NCBI GenBank assembly: GCA_045593905.1 | Contig: JAZNXL010000007.1 | Coordinates: forward strand, 2,101 to 66,100 | Origin: Eubacteriales bacterium | Lineage (GTDB): Bacteria; Bacillota; Clostridia; Oscillospirales; QAKW01 | Length of the DNA stretch: 64,000 nucleotides | Reading direction: 5' to 3' | Shown here: piece after piece, positions 54,579-64,000 of the stretch | Numbering within the stretch: position 1 is the first letter of the stretch | Layout of the letters: each line of letters starts with the position of its first letter | The notes under the pieces: model-generated | What the model was told of the DNA's origin: nothing | The model's input: only the letters and a program-made list of their open reading frames with translations | Database searches by the model: none | Translations under genes and position numbers: made by a program

Positions 54579-55827
54579 TTTTTATTTTATTCCAATATTC
54601 AAAGGTTGTTTTTTCAAATTTATTGTCGCCGTATTCATAGTATACGGCGTTTTTTAAATCATCAGGCAGGTATTGTTGTTTTACATAGTGATTTTTATAG
54701 CTGTGAGGATATTTGTATCCGTCTCCGTGGCCTAATTTTTGTGCACCGCTGTAATGAGCATCTTTTAAATTTGTAGGTACATTGGCGCCAAGACCTGCTC
54801 TGACGTCGTTAAGTGCTGCGTCAATGGCACAAATTGCACTGTTTGATTTTGGTGCTGTTGCAAGTAAAATTACAGCTTCGGCAAGAGGAATACGGGCCTC
54901 GGGAAAACCGAGTGCCATAGCAGCATCAACACATGATTTAACAATAGATATTGCATTAGGATATGCAAGACCTATATCTTCACACGCAATAACCATAAGC
55001 CTTCGACAAATAGAAGGCAGGTCGCCCGATTCAACTAATTTTGCTAAATAATGAAGTGCGGCGTTTTCATCAGAACCTCTTATAGATTTTTGAAAAGCCG
55101 AAACTGTATCATAATGCTGGTCGCCGTCTCGGTCGTAACGCATTGAGCTTTTTTGCGAGCATTGTTTTACTATATCAACAGTTATTACTTCGTCGCTGTC
55201 TTGCATATATGCCGATAACATTTCTATACAGTTAAGTGCTTTTCTAACATCGCCGCCGCAGTTGTTGCAAACAAGTTGCAAAGCATCGTCTTCGAATTTC
55301 AAGGTGATATTTTCGTGAGTCTTAAGATGTTCAATTGCTCGAAGCACCGCGATTTTAATTTCATCGGGGCTAACAGGCTTAAACTCAAAAACCGTACAAC
55401 GAGATAAAATAGCGTTGTATATGTAAAAATATGGGTTTTCAGTGGTAGATGCAATAAGGGTAATTTTACCGTTTTCGATAAATTCAAGAAGTGATTGCTG
55501 TTGACGTTTATTAAAGTATTGAATCTCATCGAGGTACAGTAATATACCGTTTGGAGCGGTAAACATATTACAATCGTTGATAATATCTTTAATATCTTGA
55601 ATTGACGCAGTTGTCGCATTTAATTTATACAACTTTCTCTCACTTTGTGCAGCAATAATGTTAGCAAGAGTTGTCTTTCCACAACCACTTGGGCCGTAAA
55701 ATATCATATTTGTTATTTTTTTATTTACAATAGACCTGTAAAGTACACTATCTTTACACAATAAATGCCTTTGTCCAACCATGTTATCAAGTGAGGTTGG
55801 TCTTAAAATATCTGAAAGTGGATTCAT
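54571..55827 (-). CDS. rarA: replication-associated recombination protein A (AAA+ ATPase)
   Basis: Walker A GPSGCGKTT, Walker B LYLDEIQYF, and a MgsA C-terminal region (HYDTVSAFQKSIRGSD). Confidence 0.92.
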   Translation of the reverse strand: MNPLSDILRPTSLDNMVGQRHLLCKDSVLYRSIVNKKITNMIFYGPSGCGKTTLANIIAAQSERKLYKLNATTASIQDIKDIINDCNMFTAPNGILLYLDEIQYFNKRQQQSLLEFIENGKITLIASTTENPYFYIYNAILSRCTVFEFKPVSPDEIKIAVLRAIEHLKTHENITLKFEDDALQLVCNNCGGDVRKALNCIEMLSAYMQDSDEVITVDIVKQCSQKSSMRYDRDGDQHYDTVSAFQKSIRGSDENAALHYLAKLVESGDLPSICRRLMVIACEDIGLAYPNAISIVKSCVDAAMALGFPEARIPLAEAVILLATAPKSNSAICAIDAALNDVRAGLGANVPTNLKDAHYSGAQKLGHGDGYKYPHSYKNHYVKQQYLPDDLKNAVYYEYGDNKFEKTTFEYWNKIKND

Positions 55828-55895
55828 TATTTACTCCGTTTTTGTTTTAATTATAACATTTCGCCACACTATTATCAATAATTTATTACATAATA

Positions 55896-55924
55896 TTGAC
55901 ATATTATTAAAAAAATTATAAAAT
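55896..55924 (+). promoter_or_regulatory. sigma-A promoter of the tkt operon
   Basis: TTGACA (55896-55901), a 17-nt spacer, then TAAAAT (55919-55924). Confidence 0.55.
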
Positions 55925-55954
55925 GTTAGTTAATAAAATACGGAGGAATATAGC

Positions 55955-56782
55955 ATGAATCAACAACAAAAAACAGAGTTGCAAAAAATTGCAAACAAAG
56001 TCCGTGTCGATATTATTGAAGAGGTACATAGCGCTAAATCGGGTCACCCCGGCGGTTCTCTCTCAATAGCTGACATACTTACATATCTTTATTTTAGTGA
56101 AATGAATATTGACCCAAAAAATCCTGATATGGCTGATAGAGATAGATTTGTTTTATCAAAAGGTCATACTTGCCCTGCATTATATGCAGTTTTGGCTGAA
56201 AGAGGTTACTTTGATGTTGAGGTTTTAAAAACATTCAGAAAACTCGACAGCATTTTACAAGGCCACCCCGATATGAAATATATCCCCGGCGTTGATATGT
56301 CAAGCGGTTCATTAGGCCAGGGCATTTCGGCAGCTTGCGGTATGGCTCTTTCTGCAAAACTCGACAACAAAAACTATAGAGTATATTCTATTCTTGGTGA
56401 CGGCGAAATCGAAGAAGGTCAGGTATGGGAAGCATTTATGTTTGCATCACATTACAAACTCACAAACCTTTGCGCTATCATTGATAGAAACGGTCTTCAA
56501 ATCGACGGCAAAACATCTGATGTAATGTCTTCAGAACCCCTTGAAGAAAAAATGGCTGCGTTTGGCTTTAATGTAATCGTAATTGACGCTCACAATTTTG
56601 ACCAAATCGAAGACGCATTTGCAAAAGCAAAAGCTGAAACTACAAAGCCAACAGTAATTATTGCTAACTCAGTTAAGGGTAAAGGCGTTTCATTTATGGA
56701 GAACAATGTTTCGTGGCACGGTAGTGCTCCTAACGACGAGCAATATGCACAAGCACTTAAAGATTTAGGGGAGGAAGCATAA
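55955..56782 (+). CDS. tkt: transketolase, N-terminal subunit
   Basis: SGHPGGSLS and the ThDP motif [13 protein letters not shown]. Split-gene form. Confidence 0.92.
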   Translation: MNQQQKTELQKIANKVRVDIIEEVHSAKSGHPGGSLSIADILTYLYFSEMNIDPKNPDMADRDRFVLSKGHTCPALYAVLAERGYFDVEVLKTFRKLDSILQGHPDMKYIPGVDMSSGSLGQGISAACGMALSAKLDNKNYRVYSILGDGEIEEGQVWEAFMFASHYKLTNLCAIIDRNGLQIDGKTSDVMSSEPLEEKMAAFGFNVIVIDAHNFDQIEDAFAKAKAETTKPTVIIANSVKGKGVSFMENNVSWHGSAPNDEQYAQALKDLGEEA

Positions 56783-56784
56783 TT

Positions 56785-57720
56785 ATGATTAAAGAAGCTA
56801 CAAGAGAAAGCTACGGCAAAGCAATTGCTGAATTTGCTGAACAATACGATTTATACGTTCTTGATGCTGACCTTGCGGAAGCTACTAAAACAAGAATTTT
56901 TTCAAAGCAACACCCCGAAAGATTTTTTGATTGCGGTATTGCCGAGGGTAATATGATGAGCGTTGCTGCTGGTCTTGCAACAACCGGTAAAACTGTATTT
57001 GCATCTACATTTGCTATGTTTGCAGCAGGCAGAGCATTTGAACAAATTCGTAACTCAATCGGTTACCCGCACTTAAACGTTAAAATCGGCGCTACACACG
57101 CAGGCCTCAGCGTTGGCGAAGACGGCGCTACTCACCAATGTAATGAGGATATTGCTCTTATGAGAACAATTCCCGGTATGGTGATTTTAAATCCTGCTGA
57201 CCCCGTTGAAGCTCGTCTTGCAGTTAAGGCTGCTTGTGAACACAAAGGCCCGGTTTACTTAAGATTTGGCAGAATGGCTATCGAGCAGTTTTTACCCGAC
57301 GATTATAACTTTGAAATTGGTAAAGGCTATGTTGTTAAAGACGGTAAAGATGTTGCTATTTTTGCAACAGGTCTTATGGTAAGCGAAGCAAACAAAGCAG
57401 CTGCTACTCTTGCTGAGCAGGGTATTGATGCTGCAGTAATTAACATTTCTACCATCAAACCTATCGATAAAGATATTGTTGTTGAATACGCTAAAAAATG
57501 CGGTGCAGTTGTTACAAGTGAAGAACACTCAATAATTGGTGGTCTTGGCTCAGCTGTTGCTGAAGTTGTTTGCGAAAACTGTCCTTGCCCTGTAGTTCGT
57601 CACGGTGTTGAAGATGTATTTGGTAAGAGTGCTCCTGCTCTTCAAGTACTTGAACACTTTGGTGTTAATGCCGATGGCATTGTTGAAAAAGCAAAACAAG
57701 CTCTTTCGCTTAAAAAATAG
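56785..57720 (+). CDS. tkt: transketolase, C-terminal subunit
   Basis: Pyrimidine-binding domain (FFDCGIAEGNM...THAGLSVGEDGATHQ). Confidence 0.92.
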   Translation: MIKEATRESYGKAIAEFAEQYDLYVLDADLAEATKTRIFSKQHPERFFDCGIAEGNMMSVAAGLATTGKTVFASTFAMFAAGRAFEQIRNSIGYPHLNVKIGATHAGLSVGEDGATHQCNEDIALMRTIPGMVILNPADPVEARLAVKAACEHKGPVYLRFGRMAIEQFLPDDYNFEIGKGYVVKDGKDVAIFATGLMVSEANKAAATLAEQGIDAAVINISTIKPIDKDIVVEYAKKCGAVVTSEEHSIIGGLGSAVAEVVCENCPCPVVRHGVEDVFGKSAPALQVLEHFGVNADGIVEKAKQALSLKK

Positions 57721-57736
57721 GACTTAAGAGGAAACA

Positions 57737-58831
57737 ATGAAACTTGGTATAGTTGGTTTGCCAAATGTTGGCAAGAGTACACTTTTTAATGCTATTACGA
57801 ATTCTGAAGCACAGTCTGAAAACTATCCCTTTTGTACTATCGAGCCTAACGTAGGCGTTGTTTGCGTACCTGATAAAAGGCTTGATGTTTTAGCTGAACT
57901 TAGCAAATCAAAAAAGATTGTTCCCGCTGTTATTGAATTTGTTGATATTGCAGGTCTTGTTAAAGGTGCATCAAAAGGCGAGGGACTTGGTAACAAGTTT
58001 TTATCAAACATTCGCGAGGTCGATGCTATTGTTCATGTTGTACGTTGTTTTAATAACGACAACATCATTCACGTTGACGGTTCAGTAAATCCTCTTCGTG
58101 ATATTGAAACAATTAACCTTGAACTTATTTTCGCAGACCTTGAAAGTATTGATAAACACATTGACCGTGCTAAAAAGCTTTTAAAAGGTGACAAAAAATA
58201 TCAAACAGACGTTAATTTGTTTGAAAAAATCAAATCTGCTCTCGAAAGCGGAAAATTTGCAAACTCTGTTGAGCTTTCAACCGACGAGCAAGAGATAATG
58301 AAATCTATTCAGCTTTTAACAAACAAGCCTGTTATTTACGCTTGTAACGTTAGTGAGGACGATTTTTCGGGCGGTGTAACAACCAATTCATACGTTGAGG
58401 CTGTTGAACAAAAAGCCAAAGATGAAAACGCAGAGGTTTTAACAATTTGTGCTCAAATTGAGCAAGAAATTAGCGAGCTTGACGACGAAGAGAAAAAAAT
58501 GTTCTTAGCTGATTTAGGCTTTGAAAGCAGTGGTCTTGACAGACTTATTGCTAAATGCTATTCGCTTTTAAATTTAATAAGTTACATTACAACAGGCGAA
58601 ATGGAAACAAAAGCCTGGACAATAACTAAGGGCACCAAAGCTCCCGGTGCTGCAGGTAAAATTCACTCTGATTTTGAACGCGGATTTATCCGTGCTGAAA
58701 TTGTTACCTATGATGATTTAGTTGAGTGTGGTTCGATGGCAGCCGCAAGAGACAAGGGCCTACTACGAAGTGAAGGCAAAGAATATGTAGTTCAAGACGG
58801 CGATGTTGTACTATTTAGATTTAACGTATAA
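57737..58831 (+). CDS. ychF: redox-regulated ATPase YchF
   Basis: G1 motif [12 protein letters not shown] and a C-terminal TGS-like domain (GFIRAEIV). Confidence 0.95.
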   Translation: MKLGIVGLPNVGKSTLFNAITNSEAQSENYPFCTIEPNVGVVCVPDKRLDVLAELSKSKKIVPAVIEFVDIAGLVKGASKGEGLGNKFLSNIREVDAIVHVVRCFNNDNIIHVDGSVNPLRDIETINLELIFADLESIDKHIDRAKKLLKGDKKYQTDVNLFEKIKSALESGKFANSVELSTDEQEIMKSIQLLTNKPVIYACNVSEDDFSGGVTTNSYVEAVEQKAKDENAEVLTICAQIEQEISELDDEEKKMFLADLGFESSGLDRLIAKCYSLLNLISYITTGEMETKAWTITKGTKAPGAAGKIHSDFERGFIRAEIVTYDDLVECGSMAAARDKGLLRSEGKEYVVQDGDVVLFRFNV

Positions 58832-58870
58832 AAAAGAGGTCATACATTTGTATGACCTCTTTTATTTTTT
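58831..58870. terminator. bidirectional rho-independent terminator
   Basis: 11-bp stem AGAGGTCATAC / GTATGACCTCT, with an A5 run before and TTTATTTTTT after. Confidence 0.85.
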
Positions 58871-58959
58871 TAGTTGTTGCAGCAGCAAAGAAGGAAGATA
58901 GCGATAAGAATTATCCACAAGCAACCATTATCATCATCAAAAAGACTTCTGATACACAT
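58870..58959 (-). CDS. unannotated 29-aa Cys-rich small membrane peptide (candidate sporulation peptide)
   Basis: Below the ORF-track cutoff. The minus-strand ATG at 58959 follows AGGTGA with a 6-nt spacer. It encodes MCIRSLFDDDNGCLWIILIAIFLLCCCNN* and ends in the bidirectional terminator. Confidence 0.4.
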   Translation of the reverse strand: MCIRSLFDDDNGCLWIILIAIFLLCCCNN

Positions 58960-58989
58960 TTTGTTTCACCTCACTCATAGATTTCAATA

Positions 58990-59017
58990 TATACTATGTT
59001 AAGGTGAATTTTTTTGT
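58990..59017 (-). promoter_or_regulatory. candidate sigma-K type promoter (AC-17 nt-CATAgtaTA)
   Basis: The minus strand reads AC (59017-59016), a 17-nt spacer, then CATAGTATA (58998-58990), 30 nt upstream of the 29-aa ORF. Confidence 0.3.
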
Positions 59018-59022
59018 TACTG

Positions 59023-59169
59023 TTAAATACACGAATAAATTAATTTAATTATTGCAGCTAAAGCAATTAATAAATAAACACAATTTTTAGCATATGAGCT
59101 CTTTTTGTTTTTTGCGTATTTGTTATTGATTATCCTTTCACATTCTTTTATAATATCGTTTTTTGCCAT
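59023..59169 (-). CDS. unannotated 48-aa tail-anchored small protein
   Basis: Below the ORF-track cutoff. The ATG at 59169 follows AAAGGATGG with a 5-nt spacer. It encodes MAKNDIIKECERIINNKYAKNKKSSYAKNCVYLLIALAAIIKLIYSCI*. Located 42 nt downstream of the spoIIE stop. Confidence 0.3.
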   Translation of the reverse strand: MAKNDIIKECERIINNKYAKNKKSSYAKNCVYLLIALAAIIKLIYSCI

Positions 59170-59211
59170 TAAAACCATCCTTTAATTTTAGGTTATTCCA
59201 ACAGCTTAATT

Positions 59212-61131
59212 CTATTCAAAAAGCCTGTCACATACTTTAATTGTTAATACTGTTATATCATCATCTGAAGATTCGTTTTGTTGTTTTGTTGCAATATTAA
59301 TTATGTTTTTTGAAATACTTTCAATGTTAGTGTCAGACATTGTTAGCAAAAATGTTTTAATTTCATCTGTTATGTTTGAAACACCGTCTGACATCATTAT
59401 TATAATATCGTTATGCTTTAGCTCAACGATGTTTTTTGAGTATGAAATGTTATCAAATAGCCCGGCAGGGTAGCCGCCGCCGTTAATAACGGTAATTTTG
59501 TTTTCGTTTAAGATATAGCTGCAATACGCCCCGCATTTATAAAATTCGGCAATACCATTTACAAGTGAAACTTCACATAAATCTATTGTTGAAAAGCCTA
59601 CGCCGTCTTTTATTATTCCAAGTGCACAGTTAACCGTTTGTAATGCCTCGTGTGCCGTTATGTTTGATTTTAATAGTTTTTTTAACAGTAAAATTGTGTC
59701 GTGGCTTTTATTATATGCTTCCTTACCGCAGCCCATACCGTCAGCCAATAGCAAATTATAATTTTCGTTATTTGTTTTAAATGCCGAAACATTATCACCG
59801 CAGACTGTTTGACCATTTTTAGCCTTATATATTGCATAACATTCAATTTTAAAGCGTTCACACGCTTCTAATACTAAATAATATTTTGTTTTGTCAATTT
59901 CTTTTTGACTATATATGAAATCGTGATTGCATATTGAACATAGTTTTAGCCGTAATTCTTCTAATGAAATATATTGCTCACATTTAAAATTTAAAGCTAT
60001 AGATTGTTTATTATCATTATAATAGTTTGTAATATCAATATTATAACAATCTTTTTGCTTCAAAAAGCGCTTAATTTTATTTTCAAAATTAGCCTTAAAT
60101 ATTGGTCTAATATATTCTGTATCTATCGCATTAAGTAATTCAGATGATACATCATTAAATTTTTTGCATAATATTTCGCTTGATTGTATCGGTTCGTTTG
60201 TTTGAACGGTTATGTATTTATCTATGAAATTTGCAAATTTAATTTTTGGTATTGCAATATAAATTAATATTGAAATTAGCGGTATAAGAGCAAACGAGAT
60301 ATTGTTTATATTAAAAATATTAACAGTGTATAATAAAATATATGTTATAAAATACGAAGTGGGTATATGCTTTTTTTCAAATTTACCGAGCATTATTGCT
60401 ATTAGCGATGGTAAGTATAGCATAACAAAAAATATATTATTAGAAATATGTAATAGCGCTACAGTTGCGCATAGCGACATATTAAACAAAACCGAAATTT
60501 TGTAATTAAATATATATGCACTTAACAACAAGAATACAATGCATATCACAAACGATAGCGATATTCCATAAAAGTATATACTGTCTATGGCGCACAAAAA
60601 CAAAACGAGAGTTATGTTTAAGCAAACAATATCTTTAAGTTCAAATTTTGATTCTTTTTTTATAGAAACAATCAAATGATTTAAAAAATAACTAATACAG
60701 CCACACAATATTGATTCGCAAACTAATAATAAAACCGAAAACAAGGTTACATTATTCGCAAACATAAATATAAAACCAATAACCAAGCAAATTATAGCAG
60801 GTAAAACAGGGGAGTATACTTTTTTAATGTAATGAGTTGATGAAATAAGTATAATAAGGTATAAAACGGTGTTTGATATTATGTATTTAAAATTCTCAAT
60901 AGCAAAATCTTTTGTTATAAACCCTATAAAACTGCCTATGAAATACGGCAATGGTGCCATGCCTGTAATTGGAACAATAGAAAACAATGACAACGAAAAA
61001 GGGGAAATATCAAATTTCACTCCCACCCGTGACAGCAACAAACCGATTAACAACGACATTGTGTATTTTAAACATAGCTTTAAAGCCTTTTTTACATTCT
61101 TATAAAGTTGATTATATTTTACGCCTTCCAT
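59212..61131 (-). CDS. spoIIE: stage II sporulation protein E (membrane PP2C phosphatase)
   Basis: About 10 N-terminal TM segments. C-terminal PP2C motifs LLADGMGCGKEA, IIMMSDGV and DDITVL. RBS GGAGG. Confidence 0.88.
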   Translation of the reverse strand: MEGVKYNQLYKNVKKALKLCLKYTMSLLIGLLLSRVGVKFDISPFSLSLFSIVPITGMAPLPYFIGSFIGFITKDFAIENFKYIISNTVLYLIILISSTHYIKKVYSPVLPAIICLVIGFIFMFANNVTLFSVLLLVCESILCGCISYFLNHLIVSIKKESKFELKDIVCLNITLVLFLCAIDSIYFYGISLSFVICIVFLLLSAYIFNYKISVLFNMSLCATVALLHISNNIFFVMLYLPSLIAIMLGKFEKKHIPTSYFITYILLYTVNIFNINNISFALIPLISILIYIAIPKIKFANFIDKYITVQTNEPIQSSEILCKKFNDVSSELLNAIDTEYIRPIFKANFENKIKRFLKQKDCYNIDITNYYNDNKQSIALNFKCEQYISLEELRLKLCSICNHDFIYSQKEIDKTKYYLVLEACERFKIECYAIYKAKNGQTVCGDNVSAFKTNNENYNLLLADGMGCGKEAYNKSHDTILLLKKLLKSNITAHEALQTVNCALGIIKDGVGFSTIDLCEVSLVNGIAEFYKCGAYCSYILNENKITVINGGGYPAGLFDNISYSKNIVELKHNDIIIMMSDGVSNITDEIKTFLLTMSDTNIESISKNIINIATKQQNESSDDDITVLTIKVCDRLFE

Positions 61132-61203
61132 AATAACCTCCGTGCATAAAATATATTACTTATATAAGATAAAAAAATATGTCATATGTTGAAATAAATT
61201 TGA

Positions 61204-61244
61204 TAAAAAATAAAATGAGGTGATAATTTAATTTATCACCTCAT
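61204..61244 (-). terminator. rho-independent terminator after dapB
   Basis: 12-bp stem ATGAGGTGATAA / TTATCACCTCAT (61215-61226 / 61233-61244), followed on the minus strand by TTTTATTTTTT. Confidence 0.85.
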
Positions 61245-61250
61245 ATATTA

Positions 61251-61994
61251 TTAAATTAAATCTTTCATACTGTACATCCCGGCCGGTTTTTTATTTAACC
61301 AAAGCGCAGCTTTAAGTGCACCCGAGCCAAATATTTTTTTAGAATATGCAGTATGAGTAATTTCGATAGTTTCATCGGTTCCTGCAAATAAAACAGTGTG
61401 CTCACCAACAATAGTACCGCCACGAATAGAGCTTATTCCTATTTCGTTTTTGCATCTTTTGTTACGAGTAGAGTGTCTGTCATACACATTTGTATACTCG
61501 TTGTTATTATTTAATGCATCTGCGAGCATTATTGCGGTTCCGCTTGGAGCATCAATTTTTTGATTGTGGTGTTTTTCAATAATTTCAATGTCGAATTTAT
61601 CGCCAAGCACCGCCTGAGCTTTTTGTATAAGCTCAGTCATAAGGTTAATGCCAAGTGACATATTATAAGTGAAAAAAACAGGAATTTGAGCCGATGCTTT
61701 ATGAATTAGTTCAATGTTATTATTGTCATTTCCTGTGGTTGCAATAACGGCAGGTAACGATTTGCTTATGCAGTAATCTAAAATGCTTTTTAGTAGTGAC
61801 GGATGAGAAAAATCGATTAATACATCAGCTTGTTCTTTAACTTTGTTTAAATCATTATAAACAGGGTAGTCATAACAAAGGTTGTTTTTCAAATCTACAC
61901 CTGCAACTATTTTTAAATCATCATAATTAGCTGCAAGTTCCGAAATGGTTTTACCCATATGTCCGCTACAGCCACATAATATAATTCTTGTCAT
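61251..61994 (-). CDS. dapB: 4-hydroxy-tetrahydrodipicolinate reductase
   Basis: Short (Clostridial-type) DapB: MTRIILCGCSGHMGK...EKHHNQKIDAPSGTA. The start at 61994 follows AGGA with an 8-nt spacer. Confidence 0.9.
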   Translation of the reverse strand: MTRIILCGCSGHMGKTISELAANYDDLKIVAGVDLKNNLCYDYPVYNDLNKVKEQADVLIDFSHPSLLKSILDYCISKSLPAVIATTGNDNNNIELIHKASAQIPVFFTYNMSLGINLMTELIQKAQAVLGDKFDIEIIEKHHNQKIDAPSGTAIMLADALNNNNEYTNVYDRHSTRNKRCKNEIGISSIRGGTIVGEHTVLFAGTDETIEITHTAYSKKIFGSGALKAALWLNKKPAGMYSMKDLI

Positions 61995-62012
61995 TTTATA
62001 CATCCTTTAATA

Positions 62013-62888
62013 CTAAATTAACTCAACATTTTTAAGACTTTCGGTAAGTCTTAAAAGATTTTTCTCGTTCATATTACAAAGGGGAAGTCTTAACACACCT
62101 GCGTTTTTACCCATAAGATTTAATGCTGTTTTAACAGGAATAGGATTAACTTCGCAAAACAGCGAGCCAATAAGGTCTAAATATTTAAGCTGTAATTGTA
62201 ACGCTTTATCATATTGATTACTAAGCATAAACTCACAAATATCGTGTGTTTCTTTAGGGAGTATATTTGATAATACTGAAATAACACCTATACCGCCAAG
62301 CGCCATAATAGGAACAATCTGGTCATCGTTTCCGCTATAAATATCAAGGTCGCATTCAGCTTTTATTTTTGCAATTTGTGAAATATTTCCTGAGGCTTCT
62401 TTTACTGCAACAATGTTATCAATTTTTGATAGCTTTTTATATGTCTCTATTTCAATGTTAACTCCTGTTCTTGATGGAACATTGTAGAGAATACAAGGTA
62501 TAGTAACACTATCGGCAATAGCTTTAAAATGAAGATACAAGCCATTTTGTGTTGCCTTATTATAGTAAGGTGTAACAAGCAAAAGTGCATCAACGCCAAC
62601 ACTCTGGGCATATTTTGAAAGCTCAATTGAGTATCGTGTATCGTTGCTTCCGGTTCCTGCAATTACAGGTACTCTTTTATTAACTTTTTCAACGGCAAAT
62701 TTAACTACTTTTTTGTGTTCATCATCGTTTAATGTTTTGGCTTCGCCGGTTGTTCCGCAAACAACAATTGCATCAGTTTTATTTGAGATATTAAACTCAA
62801 TAAGTTCAGCCAATTTCTCGTAATTTACACTAAAATCCTCGTTCATCGGTGTTACAATAGCAACACCTGCGCCTTTGAAAACGCTCAT
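62013..62888 (-). CDS. dapA: 4-hydroxy-tetrahydrodipicolinate synthase
   Basis: GVAIVTPM...VCGTTGEA...YNVPSRTG is typical of DapA. Confidence 0.93.
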   Translation of the reverse strand: MSVFKGAGVAIVTPMNEDFSVNYEKLAELIEFNISNKTDAIVVCGTTGEAKTLNDDEHKKVVKFAVEKVNKRVPVIAGTGSNDTRYSIELSKYAQSVGVDALLLVTPYYNKATQNGLYLHFKAIADSVTIPCILYNVPSRTGVNIEIETYKKLSKIDNIVAVKEASGNISQIAKIKAECDLDIYSGNDDQIVPIMALGGIGVISVLSNILPKETHDICEFMLSNQYDKALQLQLKYLDLIGSLFCEVNPIPVKTALNLMGKNAGVLRLPLCNMNEKNLLRLTESLKNVELI

Positions 62889-62908
62889 AAAATTACCTCC
62901 GAAAAGTA

Positions 62909-63994
62909 TTAGTCCATATAACCTTGGGCATATAAAAGTTCAGCAAGTAAAACAGCACCGCCTGCAGCGCCGCGAAGTGTGTTGTGAGAGAGCGAAACAA
63001 ACTTGTAATCAAACAATTTGTCTTCGCGGAGTCTACCAACCGAAACAGCCATACCGCCTTCCATATCTCTGTCAAGCTTTGCCTGAGGTCTGTTGTCTTC
63101 TTCAAAATAATTAATAAATTGTTTTGGTGCGTGGGGGAGTTCGAGTTTTTGAGGCTCGCCTGAAAAATCAGCCCACAGTTTTAAAATTTCTTCTTTAGAG
63201 GGTTTTTGACCTTTAAATTTGATAAATACAGCAGCGGTATGACCGTTAGAAACAGGAACACGTAAGCATTGGGTTGTAATTTCAGGTGTTGTTGCATTAA
63301 CAATCTTACCGTCTTGTACTTTACCCCAAATTTTGAGAGGCTCTTGTTCGCTCTTTTCTTCTTCGCCGCCAATAAAGGGGATAAGGTTATCAACCATTTC
63401 GGGCCATCTTTCAAATGTTTTGCCTGCACCGCTAATTGCCTGGTATGTACAAGCAAGAGCAGTTTCAATTTCATATTTTTGCATAATTGCATTCATTGCA
63501 GGAACATAGCTTTGGATAGAGCAATTTGACTTAACTGCAATAAAGCCACGTTTTGTGCCGAGTCTTTTACGCTGCGCATTAATTACCTCAGCGTGTTCAG
63601 GGTTGATTTCGGGAATAATCATAGGAACGTCATCAACATATCTGTTAGCAGAGTTATTTGAAATTACAGGGCACTCGAGTTTAGCATAACCTTCTTCAAG
63701 CTCAATGATTTGAGGTTTTGTCATATCAACTGCGCAAAATACAAAGCTGACATTTTTTGCAATTTCTTCTTTGTCGGCAATTGCATCGTAAACCATCATA
63801 TTAGCAATATCGTCAGAAAGGGGAGTGTCCATACACCATCTGCCGCCAAGAGCTTCTTTATAAGTTTTACCTGCACTTCTTGGTGAAGCTGCTAAAACTT
63901 TAAGGTTAAACCAAGGGTGGTTTTCGAGCAAAGTAATAAATCTTTGTCCAACCATACCGGTGGCGCCAATCAAACCTACATCACATTTTTTCAT
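62909..63994 (-). CDS. asd: aspartate-semialdehyde dehydrogenase
   Basis: NAD(P) motif [12 protein letters not shown], active-site region SNCSIQ, 361 aa. Confidence 0.93.
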   Translation of the reverse strand: MKKCDVGLIGATGMVGQRFITLLENHPWFNLKVLAASPRSAGKTYKEALGGRWCMDTPLSDDIANMMVYDAIADKEEIAKNVSFVFCAVDMTKPQIIELEEGYAKLECPVISNNSANRYVDDVPMIIPEINPEHAEVINAQRKRLGTKRGFIAVKSNCSIQSYVPAMNAIMQKYEIETALACTYQAISGAGKTFERWPEMVDNLIPFIGGEEEKSEQEPLKIWGKVQDGKIVNATTPEITTQCLRVPVSNGHTAAVFIKFKGQKPSKEEILKLWADFSGEPQKLELPHAPKQFINYFEEDNRPQAKLDRDMEGGMAVSVGRLREDKLFDYKFVSLSHNTLRGAAGGAVLLAELLYAQGYMD

Positions 63995-64000
63995 CTCTTT

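Noticed and set aside
61171-61200. Spo0A-box-like heptamers (TGTCATA, TGTTGAA) upstream of spoIIE.
   Set aside because: Each deviates from TGTCGAA in the critical CGAA core, and such strings are common in AT-rich DNA. They were not reported as features.

Overview
This window is a chromosomal segment of a low-GC, endospore-forming Firmicute that looks Clostridia-like. That assignment rests on a complete spoIIIAA-AH operon, spoIIE, an asd-dapA-dapB block, T-box and glycine-riboswitch leaders, and Gram-positive lipoboxes. All family calls come from reading motifs in the supplied translations and the DNA. No BLAST, HMM or covariance search was possible.

I count about 66 protein genes, 6 tRNAs (Asn, Ala, Met, Glu, Val x2), one decayed pseudogene, two cis-regulatory RNA leaders, and many clean rho-independent terminators and sigma-A type promoters.

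The region from about 25 to 64 kb is ordinary core backbone:
- a class B PBP
- T-box-alaS and a HIT protein
- a livJHMGF-type ABC transporter
- ABC-F, tepA and dusB
- a tRNA cluster
- recJ-rel-dtd-MBL-hemZ-ligA
- spoIIIAA-AH, asp23 and a DUF368 protein
- nth-rarA, split tkt and ychF
- spoIIE and dapB-dapA-asd

The left 25 kb looks accessory and sugar or amino-sugar oriented:
- AraC plus an ADP-ribosylglycohydrolase fusion
- CapA, M20 and LysR
- a glycine-riboswitch-controlled AGCS symporter
- a five-gene operon with a NagA-like deacetylase and a signal-less BNR sialidase-fold protein
- a TPR plus Pol-beta nucleotidyltransferase pair
- an AraC-controlled PIG-L / PfkB / class II aldolase / NagB-like operon

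I found no CRISPR array, transposase, integrase, restriction-modification system or recognisable anti-phage system.

The best candidates for undescribed biology are modest and inferential:
1. The two non-canonical amino-sugar operons.
2. The overlapping TPR + NTase module, which is insulated by terminators next to tRNA-Ala.
3. A 263-aa protein with 19 cysteines behind a sigma-K-like promoter.
4. Two unannotated small ORFs downstream of spoIIE, one also with a sigma-K-like promoter.
5. A perfect tandem duplication of a tRNA-Val-plus-terminator unit.
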